Source: an uncultured Eubacteriales bacterium
GTDB lineage: Bacteria > Bacillota > Clostridia > Oscillospirales > UBA644
Direction of reading: 5' to 3'
Length of the DNA: 64,000 nt
Assembly: GCA_959604355.1 (NCBI GenBank)
Contig: CAUHAO010000007.1
Coordinates: 9,778-73,777 of the forward strand
Within the stretch, counting starts at the first letter, position 1; each line of letters begins with the position of its first letter. Below the pieces are notes generated by a model. That model searched no databases. It worked only from the letters and a program-made list of their open reading frames with translations, and was not told where the DNA came from. Shown here piece by piece: positions 44,879-53,582 of the stretch. Both the position numbers and the translations under genes were made by a program.

Positions 44879-46391
44879 ATTTGACCTTCTCTACAAGAAC
44901 CCGAAAAAGACCTCTCCGTCCAAACAGCTCGACATGTCGATGGAAAATCTGCTGCTCAAGGAGGTCATCGACGGGATTACCGTCAATCCGATCTATGAGC
45001 GCAAAATGTTCGAATTACTGCGTTATCCCGAGCAGGACGTCGAAAACATAATCTGGCGACGCGACGCTCTGATAGATTTCAAGCAAAACGAATCTCTTTT
45101 GCATGAATTTGAAAAGATAGATGAAGCAGATAAAGAACTCGAAGAGTCCCTTAAAATAATCAAAAGAAACTCGTCCACAGTCCAGATATCGGGCAACAAA
45201 ACAAAGAGCTCGGATAAAGATTCCTCCGTATCGACCGTCAAAGTTCTTGCGGACTGCGTAGTCAAAGCGCTTAAAATATACGACATGTACAAAGCCGCGT
45301 TCGGAAGAGCGCATATCAAGGCGGAAATATTCGTTAAAATGAGTATGTTCGTTGACGATATCACATCCCGCCCGGAATTCGGCAAACTCTCAGAACTTGC
45401 ACAGCAGCTTTCGGACTCCATCGACTTGAGCACTTCGTTTGTCATTCTCGCAAAAATCGACAAATACCTGCGTATCTGCGACTGCGAAATGTTCCGCATC
45501 ACGAGCGATCCGTATTTCTATGACGAAAAATCTGGCACGCGCAAGGATAAAGACAAGGACATATCTTTTATCGGCTTTGACGAGGTTTCGGACCAGCAGC
45601 TGCAATTCTTCGCAGAGCGCAGTATGATAAAACTCGCGTCATTGCTTGAATCGATTGTGCGCCAACTTCGCAGACCTTTTGAGAAACTCTCGGCCGGATT
45701 TTTCTTCTACGATTTTGCACCGATATACGAAAGAGCACTCGAAAGTCTCGGTCTGCCCTGCTGCATGCCGGAATACAACACCGAGGGAAATCGCTTTGAG
45801 TGCGAAAACATCTACGACGTATGGTATTCGCTCAAGCAAAGAGAGAAAGACCGCGACGCCGTTCCCGGCAAAACTCTTGTACCAAACGACGCGATATTAG
45901 ACGCAGATTGCGCGGCATATATCATAACGGGTAAAAACAATGCAGGCAAAACCGTCTTTCTGCGCGCTGTCGGACTTATTCAGGTATTCGGTCAATCGGG
46001 ACTCCCCGTTCCCTGTACGAAAGCGGTTATCACTCCTGTCGCGAACATTTTCGCATACTTTACCGCGCTCGATATCGGTCAGGGACGCTTTGAAGAAGAA
46101 GTCGAGACTTGCTCTGGCTTTATCGATACCATGAAGCCCAAAGACATGCTGCTTTTCAACGAGGTATATCAATCCACGGCTTACGATGAAGGCTCTCTTG
46201 CATTGTGCGAATTCATCGCGATGTCCGCGGTATACGGCGCAAGGGTGATTTCTGTAACACATTTACCCGATATAAAGAAAAATCTTGCTGCATTACAGCA
46301 AAAATACGGCTTCAAAGGCACTGTCCGATACGCGAAAGCAGAAGAAAAGGACGGACAGAGCACACACAGATTTATACCCGACGAAAATTGA
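44868..46391 (+). CDS. MutS-family ATPase paralogue B (core/lever-like region plus domain V; no mismatch-binding or nuclease domain)
   Basis: The start MFPEFDLLY has GAAGGAGG 9 nt upstream and overlaps gene A by 11 nt. Walker A YIITGKNNAGKTVFL, Walker B region MLLFNEVYQSTAYDEG, and SVTHLPDI. Confidence 0.8.
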   Translation: MFPEFDLLYKNPKKTSPSKQLDMSMENLLLKEVIDGITVNPIYERKMFELLRYPEQDVENIIWRRDALIDFKQNESLLHEFEKIDEADKELEESLKIIKRNSSTVQISGNKTKSSDKDSSVSTVKVLADCVVKALKIYDMYKAAFGRAHIKAEIFVKMSMFVDDITSRPEFGKLSELAQQLSDSIDLSTSFVILAKIDKYLRICDCEMFRITSDPYFYDEKSGTRKDKDKDISFIGFDEVSDQQLQFFAERSMIKLASLLESIVRQLRRPFEKLSAGFFFYDFAPIYERALESLGLPCCMPEYNTEGNRFECENIYDVWYSLKQREKDRDAVPGKTLVPNDAILDADCAAYIITGKNNAGKTVFLRAVGLIQVFGQSGLPVPCTKAVITPVANIFAYFTALDIGQGRFEEEVETCSGFIDTMKPKDMLLFNEVYQSTAYDEGSLALCEFIAMSAVYGARVISVTHLPDIKKNLAALQQKYGFKGTVRYAKAEEKDGQSTHRFIPDEN

Positions 46392-46438
46392 ATAGCATTA
46401 TAAAAAAAGCCTAAAATATAAGCGAAAGGAGCTTTTAT

Positions 46439-46756
46439 ATGGAAATAATGAAATTAACATCCGAAAACTTTGAAGAAGAGGTACTTGAATCAGATATTCC
46501 CGTACTCGTGGATTTCTGGGCGGAATGGTGCGGTCCCTGCAAAATGATGTCCGCAGTCGTGGACGATGTTGCAAAGGATATTCCCGAAACCGCCGCAAAA
46601 ATAGGAAAGATCAATGTGGACGAAGAGCCCGACCTCGCTCAGCGTTTCAATATAATGAGCATTCCCACGCTGATACTCTTTAAAGACGGAGAAATCGCAG
46701 AGACTTCCGTCGGCGTAAAGCCAAAACAGTTCATCGTTGACCTTATCGAAGAATAA
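46439..46756 (+). CDS. trxA: Thioredoxin
   Basis: WAEWCGPCKM active site. 105 aa. Confidence 0.95.
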   Translation: MEIMKLTSENFEEEVLESDIPVLVDFWAEWCGPCKMMSAVVDDVAKDIPETAAKIGKINVDEEPDLAQRFNIMSIPTLILFKDGEIAETSVGVKPKQFIVDLIEE

Positions 46757-46760
46757 ACAC

Positions 46761-46791
46761 AAACCGCTGACGTACTTTCCGTCAGCGGTTT
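46761..46791. terminator. Terminator hairpin between trxA and pduL (convergent)
   Basis: 12-bp perfect stem aaaccgctgacg/cgtcagcggttt with a 7-nt loop. Confidence 0.7.
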
Positions 46792-46810
46792 GCTTATGTA
46801 ATAAAGAACA

Positions 46811-46845
46811 CCGCGGCTTTCTACTGGCCGCGGAATGTTTTTTAT
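46811..46845. terminator. Second terminator hairpin between trxA and pduL
   Basis: ccgcggc-tttctactg-gccgcgg followed by aatgTTTTTTatt on the plus strand. Confidence 0.65.
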
Positions 46846-46850
46846 TATGA

Positions 46851-47420
46851 TTACAGAATTATTTCACCGTAGACATTGCCTGCAATAGCCGCAGCGTTTG
46901 CCTCATCGGTATCGATATGCATAGCGGGAGCAAATTTCGGGCTGACACGAACAACGACGTCGCCGAAAATAAGGCTTCTGCCGTCTGTGTTGACCTTGAC
47001 GCTGACGATCTGCTTATCCTGAACTCCTGCCGCCGCTGCGGTCTCGGGAGTGAAGTGGATATGTCTCTTTGCGACGATAACGCCCTCGGATATCTCAACT
47101 TCGCCGCAGGGACCGACGAGTTTAAGACCGGGAGTGCCTGCGATATCGCCTGATTCTCTTACAGGGGGCTTTACGCCGAGAGTTCTCGCATCGGTAAATG
47201 AAAGCTCTACCTGCGTTGCGGGACGTGTAGGTCCGAGAATGGAAACTTTGAGTTCGCCTTTAGGTCCGACAAGTGTGACTTTCTCTTCACAAGCGAACTG
47301 ACCGGGCTGGGAAAGATCCTTTTTATTGGTAAGTTTATGGCCCTCGCCGTAAAGCTTGGCAAGGTCCGCGTCTGTAACATGGATATGACGTGCGGAAGTT
47401 TCAACGAGTATTTCAGACAT
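46851..47420 (-). CDS. pduL: Phosphate propanoyltransferase / PduL-type phosphotransacylase
   Basis: Duplicated PduL motif (ETSARHIHVTDADL and VAKRHIHFTPE). 189 aa. Confidence 0.88.
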   Translation of the reverse strand: MSEILVETSARHIHVTDADLAKLYGEGHKLTNKKDLSQPGQFACEEKVTLVGPKGELKVSILGPTRPATQVELSFTDARTLGVKPPVRESGDIAGTPGLKLVGPCGEVEISEGVIVAKRHIHFTPETAAAAGVQDKQIVSVKVNTDGRSLIFGDVVVRVSPKFAPAMHIDTDEANAAAIAGNVYGEIIL

Positions 47421-47523
47421 GACTTTTATCCTTTCAAAGATAAATTTTCTTTAATTATATCATCTTTTACACCGCATTTCAAGGGCATACGGAAAAATTT
47501 GAAATTTTTTCGCTTTACTCAGC

Positions 47524-47551
47524 ATATCCGACGGTGTCGCGTCATACCAAT
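47524..47551 (+). promoter_or_regulatory. Possible mother-cell (sigma-E-like) sporulation promoter
   Basis: ATA, 16 nt, then CATACCAAT resembles the Bacillus sigma-E consensus (ATA, 16-18 nt, CATACA-T). It lies 32 nt before the DUF3794-LysM gene. Confidence 0.3.
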
Positions 47552-47583
47552 AAGTAAACGCGAAATCAAAAGGAGACAGTTCT

Positions 47584-49089
47584 ATGGAATGTAAAAAAGA
47601 AAATATCAAGGCCCTCGCCTTCCCCGAAACGACTTCGGCGGAGTCGTCTGTCGAGGGAGAAGTTATCCTGCCCGACTATTGCCCGAACATCATGCGTGTC
47701 GTGCGCACAAAAGCCCGCCCGTACATAGTCTCAAAGACTTCCCGCTCCGAAAGATACTGCATCGAGGGCTATGTGGAGTTCTCGGTTCTCTACACTTCAG
47801 AGGAAGACGGCTCTCTTAAAAGCGTCATGCACGCACTGCCGTTCAGCCACACGTTCGAAACTGATGTAAATGAGACAACCTTTACACATTTGACCGCAAC
47901 CGTCACTTCCGTCAACACCAGGGCTCTTAGTCCGCAGAAACTTTATCTTCGCGCAGTTTTACAGCTAAATCTGCTTATATCCTGCGAAATTCAGGCTGAA
48001 ATCGCCACTTCCGACGGCGCTCCGAAAGGCGTTTGGATGAAAAAGGAAGACGCGATAGAGTCATGTGCGGTTGTCTGTAAAGGTCAAAAGCCTGTCAAGG
48101 TATCGGATGAAATTTCTCTCGCTCCGAAGAAGTGCGACAAGATCCTGGGATATGACGCAACGTTTGTGCAGACCGATAAAAAGCTTCTGACGGGCAAAAT
48201 GATAACAAAAGCGGATATGACGCTTAAAATTCTTTATTCCGACGCCGAAACGGGACTGCCTGCAACAGTAGAACGCACAGTCCCCGTATCGCAGGCGGTG
48301 GATATCGAGACCGCGAATGAAAATACGACTTGCAGCGTGGAATATTCTCTTCGTGACTGCAAGATTGAGGTGCTCGAATCGGGTGACGGAGCAACGGACA
48401 TCGCATACGAGGCGGAGGTCTGCGCCGAAGTGCAGGGATTGAAAACATCCATCGTGGAATACTGCTCGGACGCGTTTTCGGAAACCGACGAGCTTAAGAT
48501 CGCATGCGCGGACATCACCACCGCAAAATGTTACCAGGTAAACTGCTGCGGCACGGCGCGTGAAACGATTCAGACGGGCTATTACGATAAAATATTCTCC
48601 ATCTCCATAGATCCGGTCATAACGTCCGAAACTTTAAACACGGATTACGGATGTCTGACTGTCGAGGGCGAATTCGTCTGCGACATAATCCTCACCGACG
48701 CCGAAAAGGATTTCAGATGCATAGAAAAATCCCTTCCGTTCTCCTTTACTGTAACGCTGCCGGGCTGCAGCGGAAACGTAAAAAGTGCGGCGGAAATATG
48801 TGTCAAAAACTTTGCTTTTGTTGAGAATGATGCACAGTCGATAGAAGTCCGCGTTGACTACTGCTACGACGGGATCGTTTTCTGCTCCTGCACATGCAAT
48901 ATGCTGACCGGAGTAGAAAGTTCCGGCGCAAGAAGCACGGACGATCGTTCGGAGATGGTACTGTATTTCGCCGAAAAAGACGAGAGCGTCTGGGGAATTG
49001 CAAAAAAATATGCCGTTTCGCCTGATAAAATATGCTCTGTAAATAATATCGACGGAGCAATCAAAGATAAAACAACATTGCTCATATAA
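47584..49089 (+). CDS. DUF3794 (SPOCS) domain protein with C-terminal LysM domain
   Basis: The N-terminal pattern EGEVILPDYCPNIMRVVRTKARP is typical of DUF3794 repeats. The C-terminal VLYFAEKDESVWGIAKKYAVSPDKICSVNNI is LysM-like. Confidence 0.7.
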   Translation: MECKKENIKALAFPETTSAESSVEGEVILPDYCPNIMRVVRTKARPYIVSKTSRSERYCIEGYVEFSVLYTSEEDGSLKSVMHALPFSHTFETDVNETTFTHLTATVTSVNTRALSPQKLYLRAVLQLNLLISCEIQAEIATSDGAPKGVWMKKEDAIESCAVVCKGQKPVKVSDEISLAPKKCDKILGYDATFVQTDKKLLTGKMITKADMTLKILYSDAETGLPATVERTVPVSQAVDIETANENTTCSVEYSLRDCKIEVLESGDGATDIAYEAEVCAEVQGLKTSIVEYCSDAFSETDELKIACADITTAKCYQVNCCGTARETIQTGYYDKIFSISIDPVITSETLNTDYGCLTVEGEFVCDIILTDAEKDFRCIEKSLPFSFTVTLPGCSGNVKSAAEICVKNFAFVENDAQSIEVRVDYCYDGIVFCSCTCNMLTGVESSGARSTDDRSEMVLYFAEKDESVWGIAKKYAVSPDKICSVNNIDGAIKDKTTLLI

Positions 49090-49093
49090 AAAC

Positions 49094-49117
49094 AAGCGCC
49101 CCGTCAAAGGGGCGCTT
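49094..49117. terminator. Bidirectional terminator
   Basis: aagcgcccc-gtcaaa-ggggcgctt flanked by aaaaac and atttat. It abuts the tadA stop. Confidence 0.75.
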
Positions 49118-49119
49118 AT

Positions 49120-49572
49120 TTATCTCAATTTTTCGAAAAAATCCGAAAGGATGGCTGCGCAGTCGCTCTCAAGCAGGCCCTGATGTATCTCGGGACGATG
49201 TGTAAACATGACCGACATGTCACACACTCCGCCGAACGCGCCGTTTTTGATGTCGAACGCGCCGAAATAGACACGTTTTATACGGGAGTTTATTATCGCG
49301 CCCGCGCACATCGGACAAGGTTCGAGTGTGACGTAAATATCGCAGTCATCGAGTCTCCATCCTTTGAGAGCCTTGCACGCGTCATTTATCGCGACAATCT
49401 CCGCGTGGAGCAGCACGTTTCTCTCAGCTTCGCGGCGGTTATGCCCTACCGAAACGACTTTGCCGTCTTTGACCACGACCGCACCGACGGGGACGTCTCC
49501 AGTTGAGGGCGCTTTTTGTGCCTCATCGAGCGCAAGACGCATAAACTTTTCCTGTTCGGATGTGAACATCAC
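49120..49572 (-). CDS. tadA: tRNA adenosine(34) deaminase
   Basis: HAE...PCPMCAGA deaminase zinc motifs. 150 aa. Confidence 0.93.
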   Translation of the reverse strand: MMFTSEQEKFMRLALDEAQKAPSTGDVPVGAVVVKDGKVVSVGHNRREAERNVLLHAEIVAINDACKALKGWRLDDCDIYVTLEPCPMCAGAIINSRIKRVYFGAFDIKNGAFGGVCDMSVMFTHRPEIHQGLLESDCAAILSDFFEKLR

Positions 49573-51248
49573 ATTTTCTCCGGAGCGGAAACTTTAAGTA
49601 TGGAAAGAGCGTTTTCAATAACGGTTTTGGTAGCCCTTACGAGTGCGATACGAGCAAACATTACGTTTTCATCGTCGACCTTTACGCGGCATGCGTTGTA
49701 GAAGCTGTGAAACGCCGTCGCAACGTCCATCGCGTATTTTGTGACACGGGAAACATCATAATCCACCGCCGTGCGAACGAGTTCTTCGGGGAAGATCATC
49801 AACTGGCGGATAAGCTCACGCTCTTCCTTTTCGGAATATACAGGCTCGTCGGGCTCTTTTGCCGTGTCAACGCCGCTCTGGGCAAGCACGGCAAGGATGC
49901 TGCAAATACGCGCGTGAGCGTACTGCACATAGTATACGGGGTTTTGGTTCGTTTGTGCAATGGAAAGGTCAAGGTCGAAATCGAAGTGCGTGTCAGCGCT
50001 GCGCATATTAAAGAAGAAACGTGCCGCGTCGATACTCGATATCTCGAAAAGATCTTCGAGAGTAATGCTTCTGCCCGTACGCTTGGACATTCTTACCGCT
50101 TCGCCGTTCTGCATCAGGCGGACGAGCTGCATTATGATGACTTCAAGACGGTTGCCGTCAACCCCAACAGCGTTGAGCGCACCCTTGAGACGTGCGACAT
50201 GTCCGTAATGGTCAGCGCCCCAGATGTCGATTGCGCGGTCAAAGCCGCGGGTTATAAGTTTATTGCGGTGATATGCGATATCCGCCGCGAAATATGTAGG
50301 CGTGCCGTTTGCTCGTATGAGAACCTCGTCCTTTTCCGCGCCGAAATCGGTCGCCTTGTACCACAAAGCACCGTCCTTTTCATATGTATGGCCGTTTTTG
50401 GTGAGGATGTCGATTACTTCCTTTACCGCGCCGCTTTTGTGCAGGTCTGATTCGAGGAACCAGTTATCGAATTCCGCGCGGTACTGTGCAAGATTCGATT
50501 TAATGATACCGAGATTCTTCGGAAGAGCGTATTCGACGAGAGCCTGACGGCGCTCCTCTTCGGACGCGTTGACGTAAGCATCTCCATGCATGTCCGCAAA
50601 CTCTCTTGCTCTGTCTTTTATGTCCTCGCCCTTGTAACCGTCCTCGGGGAACGGAACGGCGTCTTCGCCTTTATATATCTGCAAATAGCGCGCGGAGAGA
50701 GAGTCCTTGAATTTCTCTATCTGATTGCCCGCGTCGTTGACGTAAAACTCGCGTGTAACATCAAAGCCTGTCTTTTTGAGTACCGTCGCAAGACAGTCGC
50801 CGATAGCGCCGCCGCGAGCGTTGCCCATGTGCATCATGCCGGTAGGGTTCGCGGAAACATACTCGACCATGACTTTCTCGTGTTTGCCGAAGTCGCTTTC
50901 GCCGTATTTTTCGCCCTCGGCGTTAACGGTTTTTACAGCGTCGGCAAAGAACTGTGCGGACGTGCGAAAATTTATAAACGGGCCTGCAATCTCTACGCTT
51001 TCAATCCATTTGTGACATGCGAGATTTTCGAGTATCGCCTTTGCGATAACGGGAGGCGCGAGGCGGAAAGCTCTTGCACCGACCATGGCGGCGTTCGTCG
51101 CAAAGTCGCCGTGAGATGTGTCTTTGGGTATCTCGACCGTGAATGGATATGGCTCAGCCTGAGGCAAAGCTCCTGCAGACTGCGCTTTGGATATAGCGTC
51201 TGAGACCAGAGCCGTAATTTCTTTTTTAATTTCAGAGAGAAGATTCAT
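49569..51248 (-). CDS. argS: Arginine--tRNA ligase
   Basis: Class I signature region SANPTGMMHMGNARGG, MSKRTG (KMSK-like), and a C-terminal DALR anticodon-binding domain. Confidence 0.96.
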   Translation of the reverse strand: MNLLSEIKKEITALVSDAISKAQSAGALPQAEPYPFTVEIPKDTSHGDFATNAAMVGARAFRLAPPVIAKAILENLACHKWIESVEIAGPFINFRTSAQFFADAVKTVNAEGEKYGESDFGKHEKVMVEYVSANPTGMMHMGNARGGAIGDCLATVLKKTGFDVTREFYVNDAGNQIEKFKDSLSARYLQIYKGEDAVPFPEDGYKGEDIKDRAREFADMHGDAYVNASEEERRQALVEYALPKNLGIIKSNLAQYRAEFDNWFLESDLHKSGAVKEVIDILTKNGHTYEKDGALWYKATDFGAEKDEVLIRANGTPTYFAADIAYHRNKLITRGFDRAIDIWGADHYGHVARLKGALNAVGVDGNRLEVIIMQLVRLMQNGEAVRMSKRTGRSITLEDLFEISSIDAARFFFNMRSADTHFDFDLDLSIAQTNQNPVYYVQYAHARICSILAVLAQSGVDTAKEPDEPVYSEKEERELIRQLMIFPEELVRTAVDYDVSRVTKYAMDVATAFHSFYNACRVKVDDENVMFARIALVRATKTVIENALSILKVSAPEKM

Positions 51249-51718
51249 ATGTTTGTCCTTTCGGTTTTTTCCTTTGTTTTACGTCTCCGCGGTTTGTTGC
51301 GCCGCACGTACAGTTTAAGTTTGTTCGACACAGAATACGCGCTGTTGATATCAAGAGTATACTCAATCTCGACCTTGCCGCCGTCGTCCGAAAGCGTGGA
51401 ACGGATATTCCCGGTAGTAAGCCCTATGGTCAAAGGTGCGCGCTCGGGATTATGAAGATACTGCCTCTGCCCCGAGCGGAACTCGACATTCCCTAAAGCG
51501 CTGAAATATCTGCATCTATCGGAAATTACGGTCACTGTGTCTTTTGCTTCGACGATGAAATCCGTACGGTGACGCCCGTAACGGCCCTCGGATTCATTGA
51601 ATGATATTTTATAGGTATTGTCGCTCATGCGGCGCATCTTCGCGTCGGAAACAAAAAGAGAAAGGTTTTCGCCATCTCGCTCCGTTTCAATGAGCAGCGA
51701 AACGTTTGTTATCATCAA
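51245..51718 (-). CDS. DUF1934 (YwiB-like) beta-barrel protein
   Basis: It sits directly upstream of argS and overlaps it, as DUF1934 genes do in Firmicutes. The sequence pattern ...YKISFNESEG...IEYTLD... fits, and there is a basic C-terminal tail. Confidence 0.65.
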   Translation of the reverse strand: MMITNVSLLIETERDGENLSLFVSDAKMRRMSDNTYKISFNESEGRYGRHRTDFIVEAKDTVTVISDRCRYFSALGNVEFRSGQRQYLHNPERAPLTIGLTTGNIRSTLSDDGGKVEIEYTLDINSAYSVSNKLKLYVRRNKPRRRKTKEKTERTNI

Positions 51719-52527
51719 AACTCCTCTATATTAACCTTTTCAACCCTTCCTTCAAGGGGTCTGTGTAAAAATATTTCGGCAAGAGGCTCAAAATTTGCCA
51801 CCTCGTCCGAAACATAGAACATCGCGCCGCCGTTTTCGGAAGAAAGCATTCCGTTTTCGGAAAGATAGGCAGCAATATCATTTGCCCCTTCTCTGCCCGA
51901 ATCGACGAGTGTCGCTTTTCCGTCCAAACAATCCGATATAACATCCGAAAGAAGAGGAAAATGCGTGCATCCTAAAATCACGGTGTCCGCGCCGAACTCT
52001 TTAACGGACGCGAGATAATCCGCGGCAATGAGCTTTGCCACTTCACTGTCTTTGGTGAAATACCCGTTTTCGACAAGCTGCACAAACATCGGGCACGCGA
52101 CACTAATTACTTCCAAATCGGAAGAAATGGCATGTATCGCTTTTTCATAGGAACGACTTCTGACCGTTGCCCCTGTACCGAGAACCGCTATTCTGCCGTT
52201 TTTTGTCGTGTTCACCGCGGCTTTCGCAGTAGGCTCGACGACACCCGAAATTCGTACAGGACAAGTCTGCTGCAGCGTCGGAAGAGCGACGGAGCTTATT
52301 GTACCGCATGCAACAAGGATCGCTTTGAGTTCATGAGAAAGCATGAACCTCATATCCTGCTGTGCAAAATGCAATACAGCCTCCGCCGAACGCGTACCGT
52401 AAGGCAATCGGGCCGTGTCGCCGAAATAGATAATTTTTTCGTCTGGCAGCAGCTGCATCAGTTCTCTGACAGCCGTAAGTCCCCCCAGACCGGAGTCGAA
52501 AACTCCTATCGCCTTATCACCCATCAT
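51715..52527 (-). CDS. murI: Glutamate racemase
   Basis: IGVFDSGLGGLT, with catalytic Cys contexts LVACGTIS and LGCTHFP. Confidence 0.95.
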   Translation of the reverse strand: MMGDKAIGVFDSGLGGLTAVRELMQLLPDEKIIYFGDTARLPYGTRSAEAVLHFAQQDMRFMLSHELKAILVACGTISSVALPTLQQTCPVRISGVVEPTAKAAVNTTKNGRIAVLGTGATVRSRSYEKAIHAISSDLEVISVACPMFVQLVENGYFTKDSEVAKLIAADYLASVKEFGADTVILGCTHFPLLSDVISDCLDGKATLVDSGREGANDIAAYLSENGMLSSENGGAMFYVSDEVANFEPLAEIFLHRPLEGRVEKVNIEEF

Positions 52528-53561
52528 TATTCTCCGTACTGCACCGCAAGAGCAAGCAGTCTGTCTATAAGTTCTGAATAAGGAATACCCGACGCCTCAA
52601 AAAGCTTCGGATACATGCTTATGGAAGTGAACCCCGGAAGGGTGTTTATCTCATTTATATAAACGGTATTCGCGTTATCGACAAAGAAATCTACGCGAGC
52701 AAGTCCCTTGCAGTCGCATGCCTTATAAGCTTTGAGTGCCGTCATGCGGATCTCGTTTGAAATTTTATCCTCAATATCTGCGGGAATAAAAAGACGTGAC
52801 TCGGGATTGCTGTATTTCGCGTCATAATCGTAAAATTCGGCAGCCGCCTGAATACGTCCCGCAACGGAGACTACCGGCTCATCGTTGCCGAGTACCGCAG
52901 TCTCTATTTCGCGTATATGTTCAAGCCCCTGTTCCGCGACTACTCGCGAATCGTGCATAAACGCGAGCTCAAACGCCTTGACAAGCGTTTCATCATCGCG
53001 GCATTTCGTTATACCGACAGACGAACCGGCGTTCGAGGGTTTTATAAATATCGGGTAATGCAGACGCGCCTTTGTTTTGCGGATGATAGCGTCGCGGTCT
53101 TTCTCGTAATCGAATTTTTCGACCGCAAGCCATGCCACATGATTTATACCGCTGTAATCAAAAATCGCGTTCGTGTACGCTTTATCCATGCAGACCGCCG
53201 ACGACAGCACACGGCAGCCGACGTAAGGTATCTGAAGCATTTCAAAAAGCCCCTGAATACGTCCGTCTTCACCGTTTCTGCCGTGAAGTACCGGGAAAAC
53301 GACGTCAGCACGTATGCGTTTGCCGCCGCACACAAAACAGTTGTTGTTGATGTCAATTGTCACGGCTTCGTTGGGACATTTTTCCCATTCACCGCTTTTT
53401 ATCTGCGCTGCGGTCGCATCGGTGCGAAACCAGCGTCCATCTAAAGTTATCCCTATTTTATATACATCATGCCCGACCATATTCTCGATGATCGAGCCCG
53501 CGGAGACGCATGAAACGTCGTGTTCGGAAGATTTTCCGCCGAAAATGACTATGACTTTCAT
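52527..53561 (-). CDS. ddl: D-alanine--D-alanine ligase
   Basis: IFGGKSSEHDVS, ATP-grasp, and INEINTLPGFTSISMYPK. Confidence 0.95.
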   Translation of the reverse strand: MKVIVIFGGKSSEHDVSCVSAGSIIENMVGHDVYKIGITLDGRWFRTDATAAQIKSGEWEKCPNEAVTIDINNNCFVCGGKRIRADVVFPVLHGRNGEDGRIQGLFEMLQIPYVGCRVLSSAVCMDKAYTNAIFDYSGINHVAWLAVEKFDYEKDRDAIIRKTKARLHYPIFIKPSNAGSSVGITKCRDDETLVKAFELAFMHDSRVVAEQGLEHIREIETAVLGNDEPVVSVAGRIQAAAEFYDYDAKYSNPESRLFIPADIEDKISNEIRMTALKAYKACDCKGLARVDFFVDNANTVYINEINTLPGFTSISMYPKLFEASGIPYSELIDRLLALAVQYGE

Positions 53562-53582
53562 TAAAAAGACCTCTTATCTGTC

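Noticed and set aside
42400-46400. Compositional (low-GC) island signature around the MutS-like operon
   Set aside because: Hand counts of a few 60-nt lines ranged from about 37% to 55% GC, overlapping the flanking genes. No boundary repeats or integrase are present. I cannot support horizontal acquisition without computing GC and codon-usage profiles.
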